The position numbers and the translations under genes are program-made. 64,000 nt of DNA from an uncultured delta proteobacterium (GTDB taxonomy: Bacteria; Myxococcota_A; Polyangia; Fen-1088), in assembly GCA_963755125.1 (NCBI GenBank), contig CAVWIP010000014.1:141266-205265 (forward strand), written 5' to 3'. Each line of letters opens with the position of its first letter. Position 1 is the stretch's first letter. The notes beneath the pieces were generated by a model. It was not told where the DNA came from. It did no database searches and saw only the letters and a program-made list of their open reading frames with translations. Shown piece by piece: positions 49,454 to 59,012 of the stretch.

Positions 49454-51736
49454 ATGAGTCGATTCAGCCGACGTGAGATACTCAGTGGCGCCGCGCTGGC
49501 GGGCGCCGCGGCCTTGGGCTGTCGCCAGGCCAGAGATCCCTATCGCATCGACAAGCCGCCGGTGCCACGCACCGCCGGCTGGCGCGTCGGCGAAGAGCGC
49601 TGGGTGCTTTCCACCTGCGCCCTGTGCGACGCGGGCTGCGGGATCAAGGTGCGCGTGGTGGACGGCAGGGCGGTCAAGATCGAAGGCAACCCAGAGCACC
49701 CGGTCAACCTCGGCGGGTTGTGCAGCCGCGGCCAGGCGGCGCTGCAACTGCTCTATCACCCTGAGCGGGTGCGCTCACCGTTGCGGCGGGCCGGGGCGCG
49801 CGGCCAGGGCAAGTGGAAGCCGATCTCCTGGGACGAGGCCATTGCCGAAGTCACGGCGAGGCTGGCCAGGTTGCGCGCGGCCGGTCACCCCGAGCGCCTG
49901 GTGCTGATCGACGGCGAGACGGGCACTTTCACCCATGACCTGTGGGCGCGTTTTTTGTCGGCGTATGGCAGCCCCAACCACATCGGACTGGAATCGGCTC
50001 GCGCCGCCAGCGCCGAGTTGGCCACCCTTCACGTGTTGGGCCGCTACGGTCAGCCCGTGTATGATCTGGACCGGGCCGCTCTGGTGCTGGCCATGGGCGC
50101 AGAGTTGCTCGAATCGTCCAGCCAGGCCATGCGTTTCATGCGCACGACCCGTGCACGGGCGGAAGATCGTCACGCTGGGCGCTTGCCGGTAATCTGCGTT
50201 TCGCCGCGCCGGCCTGACTGCCGGGTCGACGATTGGATCCCGATTGCGCCCGGGGGCTACGGGGCGCTGGCGCTGTCGCTGGCCCATGTCCTGCTCCACG
50301 ATGGCCCGATCGACAGACAATGGCTTCGCGCCCACGTCTTCGGGTTTGCGGCCTGGCGGGATCAGGCAGGGGTCGAGCAGCCGGGATTCGAGGCCTTGCT
50401 TCAGGCAGCCTATGCGCCGGACGAGACCAAGGACGTGACCGGCATTTCCGCGGCGACCGTCGAACGACTGGCCCATGCGCTTGCCGAGCAGCGGCCGGCC
50501 CTGGTTGCCGGCGACGGCGGCGCGGTTGCGGCTGGCAACGGTTTGTCCACGTCGATTGCCATCTGCGCGCTCAACATACTGTTGGGGGATGTCGGGGTTC
50601 GGCTGCGCTGGCCCGGGATGCTGGCGGATTGGGAAGAGCCCGCGGTCGATAGGCTTGCGGCCGCAGTCAGCGCAGCCCCGCGTATCGACGGCGTGGGCAC
50701 GGCCGCTTGTCCATTCGGGTGCAGCCGCGTGCAAGCCATCCCCGCAGCCATCACCCAGGCCAAGCCCTATCCAGTCGAAGCGCTGTTTCTGCGCGGCGCG
50801 GACCCCTTGGCCGCGCTGCCGGCACGGCGTGCCTGGACCGCGGCGCTTCAGCGCGTGCCCTTGCTTGTCAGTTTCTCTGCTTGGCTCGACGAGACCGCGT
50901 GGCTGGCCGACCTGGTGCTGCCCGAGTCCTTGTTTCTCGAAGCCTGGGACATGGTGCGGCCAGAACCGGCAACCGATCGGCCCGTGCTCAGCTTCCGCCA
51001 GCCGGTCGTCGCTGCTTTGCACGACACGCGGCAGTCGGGCGATTTCGTACTCGCGCTTGCCGCCGGACTGGGTGGATCAGTCGGCAGCTCGCTGCGCTGG
51101 AAGAGTTATCAAGACGTTGTGACGAAATCGCTGCCGCCGGCGTCGATGGATGCCATCAAGGAGAAAGGCGCCGGGAGACGGGTGTGTGCAGATGGTGAGT
51201 CTTGCAAACCGGGTCTAGGCGAGATCAGCGGCGAGGCATTTCTGTCACCTTCGGCACTGTTCCAGATTTTCTCCCACGCAGCGTTGCGTTTGGCTGGGAA
51301 TGAAAACGCCGCTCGGCTGTGGCCGGGAAACGGACTTCCACTCTGGGAGCCGCCCAGGTTCTCAGGCGATCCGCTGCAGTTCCCTTTTCACCTGGTTCCC
51401 TACCGACCCGTGCCGTTCGTCGAGAATGGCGGACGGTCTTTGCCCTGGCTGAGTGAACTGCCGCTGGTCACTGGCGATCCCTGGCCAGTTCGCGCGGAAC
51501 TCAATCCCGTCGATGCTGCGCGGTCTGGCTTGGTCGAGGGCGACCGGGTTCTGGTGAAATCGTCGGTTGGCTCGTGCGAGGCCATCGCTCGTTTGAGCGA
51601 CGGTGTCCAATCGGGCGTGGTGGCCATGGCTCTCGGCAAGGGTGGGGTGGTCGATCTTGTCGTGCCCAACGAAGATCCGTGGTCGGGCGTGCTTGCCTGG
51701 CAGGGCACGCGCGTGCGTGTGAGGAAGCTGTCATGA
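49454..51736 (+). CDS. Molybdopterin-oxidoreductase-fold subunit (QrcB/PsrA-like), Tat-exported
   Basis: SRREIL signal; CALCDAGC...LCSRG FeS site; ISWDEA, ADLVLP. Confidence 0.85.
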   Translation: MSRFSRREILSGAALAGAAALGCRQARDPYRIDKPPVPRTAGWRVGEERWVLSTCALCDAGCGIKVRVVDGRAVKIEGNPEHPVNLGGLCSRGQAALQLLYHPERVRSPLRRAGARGQGKWKPISWDEAIAEVTARLARLRAAGHPERLVLIDGETGTFTHDLWARFLSAYGSPNHIGLESARAASAELATLHVLGRYGQPVYDLDRAALVLAMGAELLESSSQAMRFMRTTRARAEDRHAGRLPVICVSPRRPDCRVDDWIPIAPGGYGALALSLAHVLLHDGPIDRQWLRAHVFGFAAWRDQAGVEQPGFEALLQAAYAPDETKDVTGISAATVERLAHALAEQRPALVAGDGGAVAAGNGLSTSIAICALNILLGDVGVRLRWPGMLADWEEPAVDRLAAAVSAAPRIDGVGTAACPFGCSRVQAIPAAITQAKPYPVEALFLRGADPLAALPARRAWTAALQRVPLLVSFSAWLDETAWLADLVLPESLFLEAWDMVRPEPATDRPVLSFRQPVVAALHDTRQSGDFVLALAAGLGGSVGSSLRWKSYQDVVTKSLPPASMDAIKEKGAGRRVCADGESCKPGLGEISGEAFLSPSALFQIFSHAALRLAGNENAARLWPGNGLPLWEPPRFSGDPLQFPFHLVPYRPVPFVENGGRSLPWLSELPLVTGDPWPVRAELNPVDAARSGLVEGDRVLVKSSVGSCEAIARLSDGVQSGVVAMALGKGGVVDLVVPNEDPWSGVLAWQGTRVRVRKLS

Positions 51737-52539
51737 AGCGCGACGACGAAGCGAGCGACTCGCGACGCACGCTTCTCGCCGGACTGGCGGCCTCGGCTGC
51801 GGGCGCCATCGTGGGCTGTTCGCGAGCGGCGGCGAGGAGCCCGGAGCCGGCGCCGCGCGGACCTCGTCGCAAATGGGGCCTGGTGATTGATCTCGACCGT
51901 TGCTCCCGCTGCGCCGGGTGCGTGGTAGCTTGTCAGCAAGAGAACAACGTGCCTCCCCTCGGTCCGGAAGCCGCGGCGCGGATGCGCCCGATCCATTGGA
52001 TGGACTTTCTGCCGCCTGCGCCGGGAAATTCTGCAGCCACGCCCATTCCCTGCATGCACTGCGAGGACCCGCCCTGCGTGAAGGTCTGCCCAGTGGGCGC
52101 GACCTATCAGAGTCCCGAGGGCATCACCGCGCAGATCTGGGAACGTTGTATCGGCTGCCGCTACTGCATGGTGGCTTGCCCGTACGCGCGCCGCTATTTC
52201 AACTGGAGCGAGCCGCGTTGGCCGGGCGATGATCCGAGCAGCCTGAATCCCGACGTGGTTCCGCGGCCACGCGGCGTGGTGGAGAAGTGCACCCTGTGCC
52301 ACCACCGCATTCGCGCTGCGGTCGAGCGGGCTCGCGTCGACGAGGAGGCGCTGAACGATGAGGCCCTGCGCTGGCTGCCGGCCTGTGCCCAGTCCTGTCC
52401 GACACGGGCCATCACCTTCGGCGATCTTGCCGATCCGGAGTCGGAAGTTGCGCGTTTGGCGGCGAGCCCGCGCGCCACGCGCTTGCTCCCCGAGGCGGGC
52501 ACGCGGCCCAAGGTCATCTACTTGCGGGAGACGAAGTGA
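51733..52539 (+). CDS. 4Fe-4S subunit (QrcC/NrfC-like)
   Basis: SRRTLL; CSRCAGCVVAC, CMHCEDPPC, CIGCRYCMVACP, KCTLC. Confidence 0.9.
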   Translation: MKRDDEASDSRRTLLAGLAASAAGAIVGCSRAAARSPEPAPRGPRRKWGLVIDLDRCSRCAGCVVACQQENNVPPLGPEAAARMRPIHWMDFLPPAPGNSAATPIPCMHCEDPPCVKVCPVGATYQSPEGITAQIWERCIGCRYCMVACPYARRYFNWSEPRWPGDDPSSLNPDVVPRPRGVVEKCTLCHHRIRAAVERARVDEEALNDEALRWLPACAQSCPTRAITFGDLADPESEVARLAASPRATRLLPEAGTRPKVIYLRETK

Positions 52540-53951
52540 AACGCGCGCGCGCAGTCATCGTGTTTCTCCTGGCGCTGGTCGCCGTCGGTAGCTACGCCCT
52601 CGCCCAGCAGTGCATCCAGGGCGACGCCGTCACCGACCTGAACACCATCGGCGCAGGCGGCGCGGTGTGGGGCCTGTATGTGGCCGGCGACGGGTTCTTC
52701 GCCAGCGCGGCCCTGGCCAGTCTCGTCGTGGCGTGCGTGATTCGCGTGCTGCGATTGCGCGAGATGGAACCTGTGGCTTGGATCGCGCTGCCCCTCGGGA
52801 TCGCGGGTCTTCTGGCCTCGCTGGGCTGCGTGCTGGCGGATCTCGGCCGCCCGATGCCTGCGATGGTGAATCTGCCGCTGGTCGGGCGTCCGCGCTCGCC
52901 GTTCTTCGGCACGTTCACCCTGGTGGCAGGCGCATCGCTTTTTGCAGGTGCAATTCATCTGGCGCTGGCCAGCCGGCCGGGATGGGCAGCGCGCGCGCAG
53001 GCGGCTGGCAGATGGCCATGGCTCTGGCGCACTCTGGCCTGTGGCTGGCCAGGCACAGCGTCGGCCGAGCGCCGCCGCGAGCGCGTCGACTTCTGGCTGT
53101 CGCTTGCCGTTCTTCCTGTACTGCTAGGTGGCCTTGTGATTCTGGGCGCAGTGTTTGGCGTGAGGGCCGGACGTCCGGCGTGGCAAGGTCATTTCGAAGT
53201 CGTCACCTTCGTCGTGTCAGGGGGCGCGGCCGGCTGCAGCCTGCTGGCACTGGCTGCGCACGCGCGGGCCAGCGTTTTCATGGCGCGCATGGTGGCCGTG
53301 CTGACTGGACTCACTGTCCTTCTGGTGGTGTCAGCCGAGATCCTGGCGCTGCGCACGCCGTACCCGTCCGTGCAGCGCTACGCGCACGCCTTGCTGCAAG
53401 GGCCGTGGAGCGGGCTGTTCTGGACGGAACTGGTCCTTCTCTTCTTGGCCGGAGCGATTGCTCTGGCCATGTCGTGGCGGAAGACGATCTCGCCGGTCTG
53501 GACTGCGACCATTGCGGCGCTGCTCTGTGCGGCTGTGTCTTTCCAGCGCTTCCTGCTCCTGGTCGCGTGGCAAACGCATGGTCTGGGTCTGCCCTGGCCA
53601 GCCGGCGCCTACCACCCGACGTGGATCGAATGGGCCGTGCTGACGGGGGTGACAGCCGCGGCTGTGCTCGCCTTCCTGCTTCTGTCCAAGACCTGCGCGG
53701 CACAGACGATGAGATTCGAGCCAGCCGCCCCGGCGGCCACTGGCCGTCGACTTCGTTCGCTCGTCACTGCGGCATGTCTGGTTCTCGGTCTCGCGCTCGC
53801 CGGTGTCGGCCTGGCCCTGTCCGCCGGTTTCGCGAGCGCACCCTTTCTCGATCCGATCTTTCCGGGCGGCCCGCTGGTTTTTCTGGCGGGCCTGTTCATG
53901 ACGGCGTCGTCCGCAATCGCCTACGAACTCATCCCGGAGCGGCTGCGGTAG
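52536..53951 (+). CDS. NrfD/PsrC-family membrane subunit (QrcD-like)
   Basis: WGLYVA, DLGRP, RSPF, YHPTWIEW; about ten or more TM helices. Confidence 0.85.
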   Translation: MKRARAVIVFLLALVAVGSYALAQQCIQGDAVTDLNTIGAGGAVWGLYVAGDGFFASAALASLVVACVIRVLRLREMEPVAWIALPLGIAGLLASLGCVLADLGRPMPAMVNLPLVGRPRSPFFGTFTLVAGASLFAGAIHLALASRPGWAARAQAAGRWPWLWRTLACGWPGTASAERRRERVDFWLSLAVLPVLLGGLVILGAVFGVRAGRPAWQGHFEVVTFVVSGGAAGCSLLALAAHARASVFMARMVAVLTGLTVLLVVSAEILALRTPYPSVQRYAHALLQGPWSGLFWTELVLLFLAGAIALAMSWRKTISPVWTATIAALLCAAVSFQRFLLLVAWQTHGLGLPWPAGAYHPTWIEWAVLTGVTAAAVLAFLLLSKTCAAQTMRFEPAAPAATGRRLRSLVTAACLVLGLALAGVGLALSAGFASAPFLDPIFPGGPLVFLAGLFMTASSAIAYELIPERLR

Positions 53952-53988
53952 CAACCGTCGCAGACCGGCGTGGCGCCACTCGATTTTT

Positions 53989-54031
53989 GAGCGCGAGACG
54001 GGGCTCGGACCCGCGACCCTCGGCTTGGGAA
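53989..54031 (-). mobile_element. att site: 3' half of tRNA-Gly(CCC), left boundary of a genomic island
   Basis: Minus strand TTCCCAAGCCGAGGGTCGCGGGTCCGAGCCCCGTCTCGCGCTC gives anticodon loop, T arm and acceptor 3' strand; no 5' half or D arm upstream. Confidence 0.8.
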
Positions 54032-54378
54032 CTCGCGAAAAGACATCGCCGGGCGTAGCCGACGATAGCAAACGTTCGCAAATTCAACCGGTTACGGAGG
54101 GCGACTTTAGCCGCGGTTCGCCAGGAATTGCACCAAATAGCCAACCGTTTGGTGCATTAGTGGTGCAAGCCGAGGGGGTAGGGTCCGGCGCGTCCACGAC
54201 CATCGGCCCGTATCTCAGCGCTCGCGAAGTGGCGAACCTACTGAGGGTGAGCACGATCACGGTCTACCGCCTGTGCGAGACCGGCCAACTGCCGCACGTC
54301 CGCGTGTGCAACGCGATCAGGGTGGGCGAGGGAGACCTGCGGCGGTATCTCGAAGACAGGACGACACGCACACGCTGA
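54025..54378 (+). CDS. Excisionase-type HTH protein (start uncertain)
   Basis: LSAREVANLLRVSTITVYRLCETGQLPHVRVCNAIRV winged HTH next to att. Confidence 0.8.
   Translation: MGTREKTSPGVADDSKRSQIQPVTEGDFSRGSPGIAPNSQPFGALVVQAEGVGSGASTTIGPYLSAREVANLLRVSTITVYRLCETGQLPHVRVCNAIRVGEGDLRRYLEDRTTRTR
54129..54167. repeat. Inverted/direct TGGTGCA repeats, likely integrase arm-type sites
   Basis: TGCACCAAA (54129-54137) and TTTGGTGCA (54148-54156), plus a second TGGTGCA (54161-54167), about 100 bp inside att. Confidence 0.55.
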
Positions 54379-54390
54379 CGTCAAAACTAT

Positions 54391-54672
54391 ACAGAACAGG
54401 CGTTCGCGCGTCTCATCGAGATCCAGGACTTCATCACCCATTCCAATCCCGCTGCGGCGGAGCGCCTGGTCCGGCGAATCGTCGAGCGCCGCGAGGGGCT
54501 GTCGAAGTTTCCCGAGATGGGCAGAACGGTGCCCGAGCTTCCCGGAACCGGCCTGTGCGAGATCATCGAGGGACGCTACCGCATCGTCTACCGGATCTGC
54601 GCGCAGGGCATCCAGATCCTCACCGCCTTCGAAGGTCATCGCCAGTTCCCTGTCGAGGACATAGCCAAGTAG
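54391..54672 (+). pseudogene. ParE/RelE toxin lacking its start
   Basis: TEQAFARLIEIQDFI...FPEMGRTVPEL...YRIVYRI...FEGHR*; an in-frame TGA lies upstream, with no start codon and no antitoxin. Confidence 0.8.
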
Positions 54673-54685
54673 TGAGCATTCATCT

Positions 54686-55528
54686 TCAAGAAGCCTCCAA
54701 CCGCACAACTGCATCACCAAATCGCCTCACTGCCCTGATCGTTCCGTTCAGCAGATTCTTGCATTCCACGATGATCGGTCCTCTTCCCGTAACGGCAATG
54801 TCAACAAATAACCCTCCGTCAGCCCCGCCACTCGTCAATGCTGCAAACGCCCTTTCCGCAAAGGACCTCAGACCGAGACAATCGGGGTCTGGAAGTCCGC
54901 GCCGTATCGACTCATCAAAGTCGAATAGGAGGAAGTGGCCTCGAACACTGATCGCCCGATACTCAAGTCGCGCCCCACAGCCGGGATCAGTCGTAATATC
55001 AACCATCTCCTTAAAGATTACCGAATGAAACCCCTGAACATGCGTCCGAAGGTTGCGAACGACGACCCCAATAGCCTTATCCGTTGCCTCCCTCGCAATG
55101 CATCCATCCGCACCCACATACTTCGCCGCGCTCTCGATTTCACTGCGGACGAAGACGGGTGGCGCAAGTCCCTCCTTGACGAGAGCACCCACCAACTCAG
55201 CATCCGACAAACTCGCGCTCGCGACCATTGCCCTGGGCGAGAAAGCTCCAAGAATTGGATACTGCTTCACGAAGCTGGCCCCGATCTCGTAGGCACGGGG
55301 TGACGTCGCAAGCGCAACGCCAGATGCCCTGCATCTCTCGAACAGCCGCCCATATTCCTCAACCGACAGCCGCCGGCCCCGAACCTCATACTGTGCCTCC
55401 CCAGCCAGCTCATCAGACGCCGTCGACCGAAACACTTCGGCCAAGGGTTTCCTAGCGCATTTGACGCCGGACTCCCTCAGCAGGGCCTCCTCATCGAACA
55501 TGTAATCGTCTAGGTATAGGATATTCAT
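54686..55528 (-). CDS. ATP-grasp protein (R2K/DUF4343-like)
   Basis: RGRRLSVEEY...TSPRAY...VFVRSEIES...IFKE...EYR...VDIA...IVEC pattern. Confidence 0.65.
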   Translation of the reverse strand: MNILYLDDYMFDEEALLRESGVKCARKPLAEVFRSTASDELAGEAQYEVRGRRLSVEEYGRLFERCRASGVALATSPRAYEIGASFVKQYPILGAFSPRAMVASASLSDAELVGALVKEGLAPPVFVRSEIESAAKYVGADGCIAREATDKAIGVVVRNLRTHVQGFHSVIFKEMVDITTDPGCGARLEYRAISVRGHFLLFDFDESIRRGLPDPDCLGLRSFAERAFAALTSGGADGGLFVDIAVTGRGPIIVECKNLLNGTIRAVRRFGDAVVRLEAS

Positions 55529-55535
55529 ATTACGC

Positions 55536-56207
55536 TCAATCGTTCGCAAATTCTCCATCGCGACCCATAAGCCCACGTCCAATTAGCTCGCGCACCAATG
55601 CCTCAACCCCCACGTACAAGAGGCCCTCCCACCCGATCATGGCGCAGGCGCCAACATGCTTGCCTCGGTCATCGATGTACAGCACTCTGGCGCTCTTACC
55701 AAATCTGCGTCTAATATCTGCATTCGCCGCCTCCCACAACTCTGCCTTCGGCTTGACTGCACCGTAGCGATATGACGGCATATAGATGTCAACCTCACTC
55801 AAAAGGCCAACCTTTTCGACCAAGTACGCACTGCGCCCTCTGTCGATGTTGGTTAGTACTCCCACCGGGCATCTCCCTCGCACGGCGCGCAGAATTTCCA
55901 GGACGCCCTCATTTACAGCGTATGTTTCAGACCACATCCGCGTCAAGACTTCATTTGGTGGCCGTTTTTGCACGTCCCCTCCTGCAAGGTCGAAGACCCA
56001 GTCCCAAAACTGGCCTTCAGAGACCCGATCCTCTCGAAAAGCAGCCCCTTGCGCTGAATTCTCGCTTGTTAGCGCACAACAGGTCTCGCGACTGACACCA
56101 ATTGCTGAAGCCAACTCACGCTCGGCTGGCTCTTGGTGGTCATCTCCCAATACTCCCCCGTAGTCCATCACCACTATCATGGCGTCGCCCGAACCTGCCT
56201 CTGTCAT
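55536..56207 (-). CDS. HAD-family phosphatase
   Basis: GGAGG RBS; DYGGVL, LTN, KP, IDDR motifs. Confidence 0.88.
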   Translation of the reverse strand: MTEAGSGDAMIVVMDYGGVLGDDHQEPAERELASAIGVSRETCCALTSENSAQGAAFREDRVSEGQFWDWVFDLAGGDVQKRPPNEVLTRMWSETYAVNEGVLEILRAVRGRCPVGVLTNIDRGRSAYLVEKVGLLSEVDIYMPSYRYGAVKPKAELWEAANADIRRRFGKSARVLYIDDRGKHVGACAMIGWEGLLYVGVEALVRELIGRGLMGRDGEFAND

Positions 56208-57475
56208 GTACCCTCCTCCACGGTCCAGAGGGGCCGCAATTCCCCAACTACAAACCAGTAGCATACGGCGCCGCTGACGCTGATCGCCCCCGAGAGAGCC
56301 AGAGCCGGACCAAATGATCCGGTTTTGGCCACAAGCCAACCCGTGATTACAGGAGCCACGATTCCTGCCATATTTGCGACCGTGTTTTGAATGCCACCTA
56401 TGGTTCCTACATAGTCAGACGATGGTGCGATATCTCCTGGGATGGCCCATATACCCGACGATGCCCCAATTGTCGACGCGAATGCAAAGGAAAGCACGCC
56501 TAACACAGCCCATTGCGAGGTGACGTGGTCAGCAAGGACGACGGATGCCGCGAGAAGCATGCCAAGGCAGAGAGGAAGTTTTCGCGCCACAGTGACGGAG
56601 ATGCCATTTCGAATCAGTCGGTCGGTCCACCATCCGGCTGAAAGTCCCCCAAGAACAGCACACATCGCTGGTATCATTCCCACTATCCCGACTCGTAGAA
56701 ACGAGAATCCTTTCTCCGATACAAGATATGCTGGAAACCAAGTCAGGAAGAAGCTCTTGGCGTAGTTATATGCGAAGAAGCCGCAGCTGGCTCCGAGCAC
56801 CTTCCGGTTACGAAGCAGACATCCAATTCCGTTAAGGACCGGCCGTCTTGGCGCGGGTGCCGACGTCGGATTGCTGCCGGACAGGCCCGGCGCCAAGCGG
56901 AGCCAGAGCGCGACCCAAATGAGACCAAGAAGGGCACAAGCGAAAAAGGATGTGCGCCATCCAAATGAAACTATGAGAAAGACGACGATCGGCGCGCTCA
57001 AAGCCGTCCCTATGTAGGAGCCAACATCGAAGAGGGCGGTTGCGCGACCTCGTTCGTCCAACGGAAACTCCTCACGAACAAGCCGGGCGTTCGCCGGGAA
57101 GATAGGGGCTTCGCCGATTCCGACGGCGAAACGCGACACAAGGATGGATGAGAAGTTCCATGCTAGTCCCGAAAGGAGTGTGGAGAGAGACCAGGCGCAA
57201 GCGGCGGTGGCTGACATTCTGATCGCACCGTAGCGATCAATAAGAAGCCCGCCTATGCCCATAAGTGCCACATAGCCCCATGAAAAAGCGGAGAAAAGAA
57301 CTCCTCGCTCGACTGGGCTGAGATGGAGCTCCGCCGAAATGGGGACTAGTGCGTGTGAGATGTTCACGCGGTCAATGTAGTTAACTAGGATTCCTAGACT
57401 CATCAAAACCCCCAACCACCAGCGCCGACGGGTCGCTGCCTGGGTTACGCTCTTCCTATGCGCGGAGACTCGCAA
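56204..57475 (-). CDS. MFS transporter, anion:cation symporter (DgoT-like) family; start uncertain
   Basis: NYIDRVNIS, GEAPIFP, ERGRAT, FLTWFPAYL, GGIQN. Confidence 0.9.
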   Translation of the reverse strand: MRVSAHRKSVTQAATRRRWWLGVLMSLGILVNYIDRVNISHALVPISAELHLSPVERGVLFSAFSWGYVALMGIGGLLIDRYGAIRMSATAACAWSLSTLLSGLAWNFSSILVSRFAVGIGEAPIFPANARLVREEFPLDERGRATALFDVGSYIGTALSAPIVVFLIVSFGWRTSFFACALLGLIWVALWLRLAPGLSGSNPTSAPAPRRPVLNGIGCLLRNRKVLGASCGFFAYNYAKSFFLTWFPAYLVSEKGFSFLRVGIVGMIPAMCAVLGGLSAGWWTDRLIRNGISVTVARKLPLCLGMLLAASVVLADHVTSQWAVLGVLSFAFASTIGASSGIWAIPGDIAPSSDYVGTIGGIQNTVANMAGIVAPVITGWLVAKTGSFGPALALSGAISVSGAVCYWFVVGELRPLWTVEEGT

Positions 57476-58922
57476 GCGTGCACCACGCGTCCATGGCCGA
57501 CGGTGAGATGTCATCGACGGAGCGCCCGAACGGAAGGAAGAGTAGGTCTCCACTTCCGTCGCAGGCAAGTAGGGAGTCGCCGCGAGGCGAGAAGACGATA
57601 TCATATAGATAGTCGCGACTCTCAGCTACTACGTAACTCCTTCCCGACGGAAGATGCCAAAGCCGCACGGTGCCGTCTTTCCCAGCTGAGCCGAGCCAGC
57701 AGCCAGAAAGGCTGAGAGCAACCTTGCGAACGGCGTCTGAATGGCCTTCAAACAAGATGGGCTCGGGTGATCCTTGACCCCGCACGAGTAGTCGACCGGC
57801 GCTATCGCCCACCGCTAGGGTGCCACCCTGCATTGCAAGCGTGAATAGGGTCGAGTGGGAATACACTCGCGAGAAGTTGGGGGCAGAGTCAAGGGATGAC
57901 CCAAGAAGCTTGCCATCAGCTCCCACGGACCAGCAGGTGCGAGTGTGCACATCGAAGCAGACCGCGAAGGCCGGGCCAGCGTGACGGTGGACCACCCTAA
58001 GACACAGTGCGGACGGGGTTCCCTCAGCAAGCTTCCACTCGATGATGGCTCCGCTTCGTTCGGCAGTATAGAGTATCCCCCGGCCCGGCCATCTTGAAAG
58101 GGAGAATACCGAACTCTTCGCTCGTGCCAACTCGCATGTTGCCCCATTGATGAGATCAACCCAGGTAAGCCGTCCGAGATCATCGCCGACAATGAGGTCG
58201 GCTTTGCTATCATCGGCTTGGGTGACACAGCGAATAATGGAGTTACCTAGGTGTAGTTGGTGGAGGAGGATCCCACTAGCGTCGGTCATATAGAGGTTGC
58301 CAGTGAAGCCGCCTGTAGCGAGCGATGACTGGTCGCCAAGCCATATGCAGCAAGTTAATCGCCCTTGAGAGATGTGTACTCGACTGGCGGTCGGGGTGGT
58401 TCTGCGCTCTTGGGGGGCTGGCGTGCGCTGGACTATGTCCGTTGATCCCTCAGGCGGGTTTGCCAAGCCAGCACTCGACGTGACCTCTGTCTTCAGGTCT
58501 CCGCTACCCGTGTGGACCTGGCCGACGACCTGGCCAATATGAGTCGTAACAACTGCCACACGCCGTGACCGTCGAATTTCGTCCACCATGCGACGAGATT
58601 CGTCGTTGATGAAGTAGATCCCTTTCTGCGCATCGCCGTCCAACGCGACCAGCACCGGATCGGATGCACCCTCCCGACGATAAGCGCACCAGTAGACGAA
58701 TGCATCGCGGGCATTGATTGCATCGAAGCCCCCGAGCGAGATGACCGCCTCGACGTGGTGGTTCTGCCCGCACCGGTTCCCCTCAGCGTGATCGACCGCG
58801 GTCAAGAGGAAGTCCTCACGAAATGTGGTCCGATCCGCAGTCACGGTTTGGTAGCGTAACACTGATCGCGACGCCCGAACAACCGGCTTGCTGGCCGGAC
58901 ACACGGCTGGACGATAGAGCAT
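57456..58922 (-). CDS. WD40 beta-propeller protein with uncharacterised N-terminal domain
   Basis: GHSDAVRKVALS...SAGKDGTVRLWH and further degenerate WD repeats. Confidence 0.8.
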   Translation of the reverse strand: MLYRPAVCPASKPVVRASRSVLRYQTVTADRTTFREDFLLTAVDHAEGNRCGQNHHVEAVISLGGFDAINARDAFVYWCAYRREGASDPVLVALDGDAQKGIYFINDESRRMVDEIRRSRRVAVVTTHIGQVVGQVHTGSGDLKTEVTSSAGLANPPEGSTDIVQRTPAPQERRTTPTASRVHISQGRLTCCIWLGDQSSLATGGFTGNLYMTDASGILLHQLHLGNSIIRCVTQADDSKADLIVGDDLGRLTWVDLINGATCELARAKSSVFSLSRWPGRGILYTAERSGAIIEWKLAEGTPSALCLRVVHRHAGPAFAVCFDVHTRTCWSVGADGKLLGSSLDSAPNFSRVYSHSTLFTLAMQGGTLAVGDSAGRLLVRGQGSPEPILFEGHSDAVRKVALSLSGCWLGSAGKDGTVRLWHLPSGRSYVVAESRDYLYDIVFSPRGDSLLACDGSGDLLFLPFGRSVDDISPSAMDAWCTLASLRA

Positions 58923-59012
58923 CGCCGGGACGGCGTGCCGACGAGACAGCGTTGACTCGTCGACAGCTGTGCTCTACGATCTCCGAGGAGTACATGCTTT
59001 GAGGGAGCCAGG

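Noticed and set aside
48935..53951. Complete alternative complex III or catalytic polysulfide reductase
   Set aside because: No ActD/E/F or oxidase genes follow, and the expected Mo-ligand Cys is not visible.
53989..54060. Functional tRNA-Gly gene
   Set aside because: Only the 3' half is present; no D arm or 5' acceptor strand, and the T loop reads GGTCCGA rather than GGTTCGA.
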